Below, piece after piece: positions 51,050 through 62,035 of a DNA stretch of 64,000 nt. Under the pieces are notes generated by a model. It searched no databases, was not told the DNA's origin, and was given only the letters and a program-made list of their open reading frames with translations. The position numbers were made by a program, and so were the translations under genes. Each line of letters begins with the position of its first letter. The first letter of the stretch is position 1. The stretch comes from Spironucleus salmonicida (taxonomy: Eukaryota). The stretch is taken from assembly GCF_000497125.1 (NCBI RefSeq), contig NC_090596.1, forward strand, positions 1,426,001-1,490,000, written 5' to 3'.

Positions 51050-51376
51050 TCATTCAAGTTCGCTAAGTATTATTTTCCTATTTTCATTTAGCCGTTCAGA
51101 TTGAAGCATCAGCTTCAATAGCGAAACATTGCATAAAGCTTAAAAATTTTCTGATTTGTGTTGCTCATCTACTAGAAAATTAATCGTGAATATAGATTTT
51201 TATGTTGGAAATAAAGTTACTTAATTATCAATTTTTAGTTATTATATTTACAATAATTCTTGTTATGATTAAATCCTTTATTAATTTACGACTAACTTTA
51301 TTTATTCTTCTACAGCAGAAAAAGATAAATATTACTTGTTTGCAATACGAGTTTAAAGATCTATTAATGATATCAT
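51050..51376 (-). CDS. Hypothetical protein (108 aa)
   Basis: MISLIDLQTRIANKQYLSFSAVEEQ...ILSELE*. Confidence 0.5.
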
Positions 51377-51419
51377 TTTAGTATATATTTAATATACGAT
51401 AAAATAATATATAAATAAA

Positions 51420-52436
51420 ATGAAATTATTTTTTATTTTAGATGGACTGGGCGATACAGCAAGGCCATCACCTTTGAAGCAAGCTCAAACCCACTATTTT
51501 GATAAATATTAATAAAAATGTAACTTATTTAAATTTTAAGCAGTATTAGGTTAAGTACCAACTTCCGATGAAGCTTTTGCAAGCTTTCTTGATCTATAAA
51601 TACCAAAACGAGGCGTTTTAGAGGCTCTTGGTGATGGTCATAATATATCTGCTGGTCAAACTGCATTTAAATGTATTTTCGCTTCATAATCTGATAATAC
51701 TATAACTAATAGACATCCACATATTTCAAATGAAAATGGACTTTAATTAGTAAATGAAATCTCAAATATAGATAATATAAAAATTATTCATTAAAATCAA
51801 CATAGATTCTCTATTGTATGTGATGATTTTACAGAGTATGAAAATGATCCTTTAATAGATGGATAAAAAATAAAAGAAACATAAGATCAAAGGTTGCTCC
51901 TTATTTAGAACAAAATTGATAATATTCTATAAAAGTCATCGATAGCTATTTAACATAAAATAAACACTGTTTTATTTCGCGCACCAGGTCAGTTTTAACC
52001 TTAATTAATTAAGAACACCAAGTATATATTTTTTACCGATTCCTAAGTTATATACGGAATAGCATTAAGCCTTAATTGTGATGTTTTTTACTGGCATAAA
52101 ATAAATTTTTTAGAATTATTGCATTAATATGAGAATAGAACTGTAATATTCCACTTTGATAATACTGATAAAGCATCCCATTAAGGTAATATTGCATTAA
52201 AAATAAAAGAAATTGAAACTGCAGATAAAATATTTGGGAAAATTATGGATGAAGTTAAAGTTGAATAATTTTGTATTTTTGGAGACCATGCAACTCCTTG
52301 TAAAGATAAGGTTCACAGTTCTGATTTTGTACCTTTAATGATTAGTGGGGGGAGTGGATGTTTATTTTCTGATGAAGATTGTTTGTTTGAAAAATTAGTG
52401 TGTGGTAGAGAAATATTAGATAAAATGGATGTATGA
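51420..52436 (+). CDS. Cofactor-independent phosphoglycerate mutase, ApgM type
   Basis: ILDGLGD...SPLKQAQT, PTSDEA (phospho-Ser position), RGVLEALG, DKASHQG, GDHATP, HSSDFVP. Confidence 0.85.
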
Positions 52437-53341
52437 ATTTACTGATGTGAAAGATATATTATTGGTTGGAAATCTACTATAAACTTTAGTAAAATACTAT
52501 TATTAATATTTTAAGTTGAGTTGTAGAGACTCTGTACTTTTATCTTTCGTATCTAAAAAATTATCTACTATAAACAAACTAATATAAATATGAATAATTT
52601 ATTTATATAAAATAATTAAAAACTAATACAACCTATTGACCTTCAAAAATAAAGTTCTGCTATTTAAGCATCACTTTTTAATATAAAAGTGAATATTGCT
52701 AATAAGTGATTAGAAATAAGTAAAATTTAATAGAGTTTAAAATAAAAAGATAATTGACTTTGCCAAATAACACCATAAACTTGTTATTTTAAAATATTTT
52801 TATTTACTTATTTAGCTAAATCTATAATAAATGTACTTAATAATGGCAATCTCTTGCCTAAATTAATAAAAATCTACTATCTATTCATGAAAACAAAGAA
52901 ATAATTTTTACAACATGATTAAAACGATAAGTTGTTAACTCCTTAACTATTTCACCTAATTTTTTAATAACATTTTATTAATACTTAGAATATTTTCAGT
53001 TAACGCTGCGAGTGTATGTAAAATATTGGTTATAACTGAAACTAAATATGTTTTAAAAAGTAAATTGGGAAAATAATTTATATGAATTATTATCAAATTA
53101 TTACTAATTATTATTATTGTGCTTTATTAATATAATGGTGGCATGTAAGATATTTTTGATGATAAGCATTGCGAATCAAAGCTGAAACATAATTAGCTTC
53201 GTTTATGTTGAGTGGTTGCTAATTTATTTATTTTTAAAATTTTAAACAGTGCTAATTTCAATAAATATTACATATTTCTAATATTTAAATAAAGAATTAT
53301 AATATTAATAAAGCTTAATATAATTTTCACTAATTTACAAA

Positions 53342-53980
53342 TCATTGCAGAGATACAAATCCTGGCAACTCTTTATTTTATAAATCCTAAGTACTCTTAG
53401 GAGTTGGTAGTAAATTGTTAATAATACTATTAGTTGTTGGGCTAGCACATTAAGCTAATCTATAAAGTTCTTGGACTTATAATGTTTTTAGATCTTCATA
53501 GTCTTATTATTATACTGTCACGCAACTGATCCATGATACTTCGGTGTTTAAACTAATTAACTAATTTAATTTGTCACAATATAGTATTTCTAGCCCAATC
53601 AATATGTTTATAGCGTCATAAAAACGTCGACTGGTTTAGAATTTGATTGATAATGTCTTCATTGGTAACGGATAATTAATTAAAGTTCTAATAATACCTA
53701 AAGCGGTTTATTGCAACTAACTATCCTTACGACCCGTATCATAACAGTTTGTACAAATCATATGAAATCTATTTTAAAGCTCTTATTGAGGCGGAACACT
53801 ATATGTTTTAAAATCTAATTTATCAAACAGTTTTAACCCATCTATTATAGTAAAAACCTCCCCTATGCGCCTAGTGTCAATCATCAATTACTAATAAAGC
53901 ATTTTAACCGTCACCAGACTATACTTATTTTCTATAATCTTATAAATAATCTAATTGGCAATACTTTACAGCTTCTCCAT
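53342..53980 (-). CDS. Atypical E2F-family factor with two winged-helix DNA-binding domains
   Basis: TRRIGEVFTIIDGLKLF and SRRFYDAINILIGLEIL both resemble the E2F RRxYDxxNVLxGxxLI signature. Confidence 0.75.
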
Positions 53981-54039
53981 TTTCTATTAGTATATTTTTA
54001 TATATTAATATAATAAAAACATATTCATTTCATTACCTC

Positions 54040-55557
54040 TCATTTCAATCCAGAGCAATATTTTCCCAATTCTAGCATAAGACATCGAAGTCCCCTAATG
54101 ATCTTTCCATCATCAAATTCACATTGAATTTCAAATTTACCCATTTTCAGACATTTTTTGGCTTTTGGTAACATTGCTCGATCACCGAAAAACGGAACTG
54201 CAACATTGCAAATAGGCTCATTTTCACATATTATTAAGCAAAATGGGGGGCCATTTGCCTATGTAAAAGGTAACCGAAAAGCTATTTTCTAAAATGGAAA
54301 ATTACGGTTCAACTGCTTAAAATCTAGTAATATTTATGGCTATTTGAATGCATAATAGGAAAGTAAAGCATAAACTACATTTCTTTCGAAACAGGTGATC
54401 TATATAGATGAAAATACATTTTATATTTTATTGTACAAATCCATATGATCTCCAAAACGCAATATTTTAGAACCAAAAATAAGTTCTGGTTCGATAATTT
54501 CACCTTAAAATGACAAGTCCGAAGGAGTTGGATTTATAAAAGAAGGAGATAAAATTTTGATAACATCAGCACCTGAATTAAAGTTGGATTATGCATATTT
54601 GTTGAATAGATGCTTTTATTGCTAAATAAGTTTTTCTGGTAATTGTGAGCTTTTCTTTTTAATAAGTGAGGAATCATACTTTGGAGATGCGGTAGGCTTT
54701 TTTGAGCTCTAACGTATTGGGGGTGGACTTGGTTGCGGGTTTGAGCTGGATGAACTAGGAGAAATTTGATGAATTTAGAAGTCATTTTCATCAAAAAATG
54801 TTGTCTACAACGGATGCTTTTCAGGAGCATTATATTCATCTAAAAAAATATTTTTACTCTCCTATTTAGTGGATTCTCTCTACCCTGCTAATTTCTAGCA
54901 GTCCATAATTAAATTTTCATTCAGATACAGCTTATGTTTAATTTTAGCACGTTCTTCATAAGTGTTTACGTTAATCAATGCCTCTTGGAGTCTGATTTTC
55001 TCCTACTAAAGCCTAAAAAGCGTCTATTTAAAGTTAATTTTCATCTCATTTACTAAATTTTCATCTTCAAATTTTTCAAGCATTTTACGTTTGAAATCCA
55101 GTTGCTACTCTTATTATATTATCTCTATTCTGTCCTTAGATTTGCATGCATTACACACCCCACAACAACAAGTACAGACTGGGCATAAACATCCAATTCG
55201 CTTCGCCAATTAACATGTTCTGCAGTAGCACTCGCATCGGCATAGATGTAGCACTTTAAGACAGTGGAAACAGTTAAAATTTGACTTTTCGAAAGGCATA
55301 AATGGTGACGTATCCTAGTAAATGCAAGGTTTCTAGTAGGATTTAACACAGGATTCGCAATGCTAGCTTGGAGTTTACCGGTGTACCTGATGTAGACTTC
55401 GTATTTTTTCTCGTTCATATTCTCGCAGTTTCCAGTAGTTTTAAATATCTGAATTTTTATATGGACATTTTGCTTTAAATACACCTGGCCTAGAGCCGGC
55501 TCTTTCGTCTGCGTAAAATCTCCCTGCATATAGAACACCAGGTATAGCTTTTTACAT
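54040..55557 (-). CDS. Hypothetical protein with N-terminal Cys cluster and coiled coil (505 aa)
   Basis: MQKAIPGVLYAGRFY...CFHCLKVLHLCRCECYCRTC...CLCPVCTCCCGVCNAC..., continuous to TGA at 54040. Confidence 0.7.
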
Positions 55558-55662
55558 ATTTTAAAAATTTTTATTTGAAGTTATACTTAAAACTATATCA
55601 TAATTATATTACTTTCACTCCAATAATTTATGAATTAAATTATTGAGCTTTACAACCCCAAA

Positions 55663-56421
55663 ATGTTTAAGGCTGACGACGAAAAGGTTACTGAATCAAT
55701 CAAGGAATTAGTAAAAGTTATTGATGATTAATATTCCTCAGAATTTAGTAACTTGTTTAATGTAGCATTGAATTAAGCAAACGAAGATAAAGATGTTGAA
55801 CCTAAAGAAGAATATAAGAATTTACTAGCTATATTTCCTAAATAGTTGAGAAATGATACTTTTGACCTTTTAACAATAGCTTGTTATTCTAGTTTAGTTA
55901 ATTTGATACCCATAGAGTGGTAGCCATTATCAATTATTGATAAGGAGTTAGAATAAAATTTAGTTGATGGAGTATTAAAATATCTTAATAACTGGTTTGG
56001 ATAACGTATTGGAATGGTAGACTGCCGTACTAATTTTGAGAAATACATTAAGTTTATTAATAAGTATTTGAATACGAACACTTTAAGTGTATTTCGTATT
56101 TATCTCGCAATTTCTCGTATTGTGACTAAAGAAATCGAAATAGAATATCATTTTATCTAGGAAGTTATTAATTGTTGCTCGTTTGTGGATCCATCAGATA
56201 AAGAAGACAAACTATATAAAGCATCTTGTAATATCATTTGCGGATCTATTGGTAAGGTTTTATTAACTTTGAAAAAATTTGATGTAACTTTATTTAATGC
56301 TCAAGTAGTATTGGTTAAAAAAATGTTTCTACCTTTTGTTGACATGTAACTTCCATGTGTATAAGATCTTCAATAGTTGATTTCTTGGAAGTAAATTTAA
56401 GATGACTCTGATATGTATTGA
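55663..56421 (+). CDS. Hypothetical helical protein (252 aa)
   Basis: MFKADDEKVTESIKELVKVIDD..., open to TGA; C-rich motif just upstream of the ATG. Confidence 0.7.
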
Positions 56422-56432
56422 TTTTAAATGTA

Positions 56433-56876
56433 TCACTCGAATTAACACGTCATTTTCCATGCATCTTCACCATCAGCAAAATAACCTGCATCAATTTCTT
56501 TCTCTTTATATCCACATAAATCTTAATACAGATGAATAGCCACATTATTCGATTTTCTAACATGTAAAGTGCAGTGTTTTACTTTCCATGATTCTTTCAT
56601 AGCCCTATGAACATGAACCATCAGTCTATTAGCAACACCCATGCATCTATAGTCATTAAGTACAGCTACAGATGTTATATGGCCGTGACCATCTTCGCAT
56701 TTTCCCATAATGTATCCTATAACTTCATTATCAATCACTGCGACATAAGAGCATTCCGGCCAAAGAACTAAATGCTATAACCAGTATCTTAGACTGTAAT
56801 TTTCTGGTAAACATTATAGATTTATTTATTGCATCTGTGGAATATCTGAAGAATTAAATCTCCTAATCGAAAACAT
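56433..56876 (-). CDS. NAA10: N-terminal acetyltransferase catalytic subunit NAA10/ARD1
   Basis: MQQINLQCLPENY, LWPECSYVA, GHITSVAV, TLHVRKSN, YFADGEDAW. Confidence 0.92.
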
Positions 56877-56937
56877 TTCAGGAGTGAAAATATATTAATA
56901 TTGTATTATATTATTTTTATGAATTGCGATTAGTTAA

Positions 56938-58605
56938 ATGGAGAGACATCACTCTTTAATGAAGTAGCCAGGTATTTTATTAGATTCAGGGCAGCTTCTT
57001 ATTATCCCTACTTTTATATTTCTTTTATTAATAAACAGCCTTATTAATTAAAATAACTTCTTTGCACATAGTTTAATATTTTATTCAACTGTTGCGTTTA
57101 TAATCTAACAATCAAATGTTAATATTTTTGCACTTTCTCTTTTAAATCGATTCCTGATAGTTATGTTATTTTCTATGCTCTTATTTTCAATAATCCTTCC
57201 GATTAATTATTTCATTTTTGGGGTTAATTTTGAGTACTAGCTTTAAAATGGACCACCTTAGATTATTATAACATCTGGATTATTTCTTTTTCATTAGTTT
57301 CCAGGTACATAGAGTATAAATGAGACTATCATTATGTTTTAAATAATACTACTATAATTTATTTGTACAGAACATTTAACTATAAGGAAGCCAAAAATTG
57401 ATATATATTACTACAGTTTATTAGATCAAAAAATAGAGACTCTTTGTCTAAAATTTTCACTCAGATTTTTATTTTTTAGTATTAACTCAGCACTTTTTAT
57501 CATTCTTATTACTAAGGGAAACTTTACAGAGAAAGCGTCAAACTGGGTGAATAGATGTGAACAAATGGTTAAAATAGTTATTACTCTTAGTATCATCACG
57601 ATTATTTTTACAAGATAATTTATATTCACATATGATGATCAATTATCATTAATTACACTTATACAAAAAATAAATTAGGATGACTTCTTATTAAATAATT
57701 ACAAAATTATTAAAAATTATTTTATCATCATAATCATGTTTTGTTTAGTAAAATTTATTTTAGCGAAAATACCTAATATATAAGGGATTAATATTTATTA
57801 CAATCCATAACATAGAATGTTATGGTTAGCAGTTGAACGGAAATCATATCATTTACTATTATTTCTATTTTCCTATTCGAGCAAAAATAATATATATCTT
57901 ATGTTTATTGTATCTAGCATAACAATTGTATTTTTAGCCATTATAGAATCAATGAGAGGAAGTATTAATTTTCCTATCATTAAAATATTCCATAAATACT
58001 CGGAATAATTTGTTAGTGATCATAAGCACAAGGTTGCATTAAATCATATATAGTTAATTATTTCTGTATGCTTTTTCCCTGCATTAAATATTATTTTAAA
58101 TGAATAGGTTTCATACTTGGAGAATTCTTCCATTTATACAGTAGTTATAGCTGATGCTATGGCTTGCCTATTACCAGCTATATATTATTTAATGACCAAT
58201 GACATACCCCTTAAATGGATTGATACACTTTAAATGCAATTTATATCAATTCCAGTTTACAGAAATTGGACATTACCTTTTATAAATTCTGACAGTGCAT
58301 TTTAACACGATTTAAATATGAAATTAGATAATACAAATTACAATGAAAAGTAAAAAATAGTATAATTAGACTTATTTTAATCTTCAGACTTGAAATATTT
58401 AGTGAAAAACAGAACAATTCTAGGAACTTTTGCTTATATCGTTTCTGCAATGATAAGTATGAGCCTAATAAAGACAGAGGCGGTTGTTATTATTCTTTTC
58501 GGAATGATGAATGGTATTTTAGAAGCTCTGTGCGTTTAAGACAACATCTTACTGCCATTTTTATAAGGTAGTCTTGTTTTGCTTTTTAAATCCTCGTTCA
58601 AATGA
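56938..58605 (+). CDS. Multi-pass membrane protein, dolichol kinase (CTP-dependent lipid kinase)-like
   Basis: Many TM segments; IADAMACLL, KNRTILGTFAY and LEALCVQDNILLPF resemble dolichol-kinase C-terminal motifs. Confidence 0.6.
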
Positions 58606-58616
58606 GTTTTTCGACT

Positions 58617-60383
58617 TCAATCGTAAAATGTAGGTGGTATGATCTAAGCATTCAACTTTATCTGCTTCTCAACTTCAATTTTCGCCTTTGTCATCTTTTT
58701 GCTTTGCACAAACGTCTTATTGGCATATTTAACCAATGTCGTCTTATCAATTACCTTTTCGACGTACTATTTCTTGTCAGTTCCGAGAAATGACTACATT
58801 TTTGTGTCATGCAGCGCCTTCGCGTGGGCCTGCAGAATCTCGCGTCTGGCCACCGTCACGTACTACGGATTCTTATCATAGGCCTTGTTGAACTGGTCAA
58901 TCAGGCTGCTAATCTGGTCATCAATGGTTTTCAAGATAACCAAAACTGGCACCTCGACCTTTTTATTTTTATTTAAATTCAGGTGGTTATTTATCGCCTA
59001 CTGGATAATCAAAGCGCTCTGATTCGCGATTTCGTACTGGATCTGCTAGTTCGACACGCCCTCAAACTGCTGCAAAATGATGTACTGCGCATTTTTGGAG
59101 TCGATGAGCATTGGATCAGTGAACAACTTGATAGGCTGCGCGACGTACAACGTTTCCTAGGTCAGTTTGCTCAGCTGCTGCGCCATGTACTCAATCTTTT
59201 ACTCAAACTGGTCCTTGATCAGGTTCAGTTCGGCGGAGCGGAGCTAGAACTTCCCTTCAGACTCCTGGCTCTTGTACTGCAAATCTGTGCACTCGCGCTC
59301 GAATTCGTGCGCGCGGTCCACGTGCATTATTGACTCGTTCTGGATGTACTGCACGTACTTTTTTATCACGTCAAGGTCGTCGACGTCGAACTCTTTCTGT
59401 GAAAAATAGCTGGATTTAAGCTGTTACACACACGTATTTAACGTGCCCTTCGCAAGGTGGATTTTGGCGATTAGCTGGCTGACCGTCTGGCTTGAAAAAA
59501 TGGTTAATTCGTGTTGCGACATAATACGCTCTATAATCGGCATTCTAACTAGGTCGATATGATATTCGTCAAGGAACTGCTCCGCGAACTTGAAAATGCT
59601 CTAAAAAATTTTTCTAAACATTTCCATTTTTCTGACATTTTCAGTATTTTCAGCCTAAATAATCATATATATTTGGAGCAGCGGAGCACAGTTCGCGAAC
59701 GAGAAGTTCTCGTCAAAGAACTGACCGTAGGTGGTGATATGAAGCAGTGTTTTGAGTTTTTCTTTGTTAGGCTTAAGTTTAAAGAGCTGATTGAACTGGC
59801 GGATTTGCTGAGCGAAAACTCCTTACGAGAGAATCTTTTTGGACTTGTTGTGCACTTCAAAACAAAGCATTTCGAATCTTATTTGGTCGAATAAATTAGT
59901 AAATTCATCCGTTAGCTTCAGGGTGTGCTGTTGCTGGAGAGTTTCGTATTTCTGTACTGTAAAAGTCGGATTTTTAGTATCGTTCTCAACTTTTACCTCG
60001 ATATCGTTACAGACGATATCCAGTGAAGCAATATAGGCTTCTATTTGCTCGCAGTCATATTCTAGTTCGTGGACTTACTCCTAACGTTGAAGGCGCTGTT
60101 TCTTTAAACATATGATTTTTTCCAATTATGAGTCAGTAAGAACCCGTATATTTCTGATATTTTATTATAAATTATCCACTTCTTTATCTGTTAGTTTTTT
60201 CACTGAAAGAACATCGTGAATATCAGAAAGAGGATTTTTTTCTAAAAGATACTCGACTGCCTCTGATTTCATCATTTCACGTAATGTCGGCTAAGATTAA
60301 TTTTTAGGCCATATAGATTGTTTCTTAGACTTTTTAAGAGGTGAGCTTGTTCGTGATGTATTGATCTTCGGTAAATGCTTCAT
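58617..60383 (-). CDS. Coiled-coil hypothetical protein (588 aa)
   Basis: Continuous frame MKHLPKINTSRTSSPLKK...IIPPTFYD*. Confidence 0.7.
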
Positions 60384-60483
60384 TTTGAAATTTAGTGAAT
60401 ATTACGAAATAAAAGTATTGTGTGGTTATGTAAATAAAAATATACTATTATATTGTCATATTATATAATATTATTTTTAAAAT

Positions 60484-60690
60484 ATGAACGTTAAAGATAT
60501 TTTTGAATAGTAGATTAATAAATAGGTAGAGTGCTTACACGACGTCTATCAACAGATGGTTTAAATTACTGAAAACTATACTATAAATATAATTTAAGCC
60601 CTATAATTAAAAGCTCAAAATGGTGAATAACTTCCTTCTACAGATGCAATATCTGCTATTTTGGACAAATTATAGCTGAACTTACAGTGA
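60484..60690 (+). CDS. Hypothetical 68-aa protein
   Basis: MNVKDIFEQQINKQVECLHDVYQQM...; ends CAG TGA. Confidence 0.55.
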
Positions 60691-60776
60691 CATTATCTTG
60701 TTCATTTAATTTTCCCCCCAATTACCATTTACTTCAATATTTTATTTTGACATTTTCCCCATTTCTTAGAATTTAA

Positions 60777-61931
60777 ATGTTACCAAATTCTACCTTTGGG
60801 AAAACGACTACAATTTCATCATAACCAGCTGTCACATTCGGTTAATAGCCTTAATAACCTACTAATATGTTTGGTGCATAATCTTCTGCATTTGGAGCTC
60901 CACCAGCATTTGGTTCAAATTAACCAGCTAACACATTCGGGTAGTAATAATAACCTTCAGCATTTGGATAATCAGTCAATACTTTGGGATAGTAACCATA
61001 AACGGCCTTTTCTTAATAGCCAAATACAGGATTTGGTTAGCCAGCAGCCGCAGTAGCATTTGGTTAGTAACCAACATCTACTGGTTTAGGGTAGTAACCT
61101 ATAGCAGCATTTGGCTAACAACCATCGACAATGTTTGGTCAACCTAATACTGCGTTTGGTGGCCAATAAGGTACTTCAGGCTTTGGTCAGCCTGTTACGT
61201 CTGCATTTGGTGTCAAACCTGCAGCTTCAGCCTTCGGAACCAATTCAACCTTTAACTCCTTCAATAAGCCGTAGTCATCTATGAATGGTCAGAAAACATT
61301 AACAATTCAAGATATTGGAGCAGAGTATTTAAATGCATCTGCTACATATATCGCATAATAAAAATAATCATTAAAGCAACAAAATCATCCTCAATTATCT
61401 TTAGCTTTATCTAAATCATTAGTAACTGATTAATCTGGAAAATTCAAGCAATAAATAGGTATTTAAAAATAGAGTAGCAATACATAATCTGATTACTATA
61501 AAATGGCTATTTCCAATCGTCTTGACAAGTCAAAAAATTATAGTTCCCAAGCTGACGTTAAAGAGTCAGAGTATTTTAAAATTGAAGAATAAAAGACAGA
61601 ATAAATACTAAATTTAAGGCAACTTTCATTTTAAAACGAGTTTGGAAGAGTGGAATTAGTCGATTTAATTGAGCTACCATCATACTTTGAATTAAAAGAT
61701 CATTTAATTATTAGTCATAAGTCAGTTGCACTAATTGCAGAAAATTCATTTTTGTCTAATAAAAGAGCATAAATCACGCTATTCAATGTTTTTCCACCTG
61801 GGAGATCGATTTCGGATATTGATGAGTATAGAAGAAAAATTGTCAGCTAGACTGAAATGCTAGGTGGTGAATTGAAATTTTACTCTCCAGACACTGGAAT
61901 TTGGGAATTTGAGGTAAAGGAATTACTGTGA
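60777..61931 (+). CDS. Nup98-like FG nucleoporin with C-terminal autoproteolytic-like domain
   Basis: Repeated (A/T/M)FGQ motifs; FGRVEL...NKRAQITLFNVFP...FYSPDTGIWEFEV. Confidence 0.85.
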
Positions 61932-62035
61932 TAATAATGTAGTTTATTATTAATTATATTTTATACTAAAATTTCGCTATAAATTATTTATTTACTAAGT
62001 ATAATAAATGATTCAAATTAAAAAATTTAATTGCC

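Noticed and set aside
52440-53340. Long AT-rich gap as a possible gene or RNA gene
   Set aside because: No convincing ORF, tRNA or structured RNA could be identified by eye.
55125-55538. 137-aa ORF-track call on the minus strand
   Set aside because: A different minus frame runs unbroken from ATG 55557 to TGA 54040 and better explains the region.
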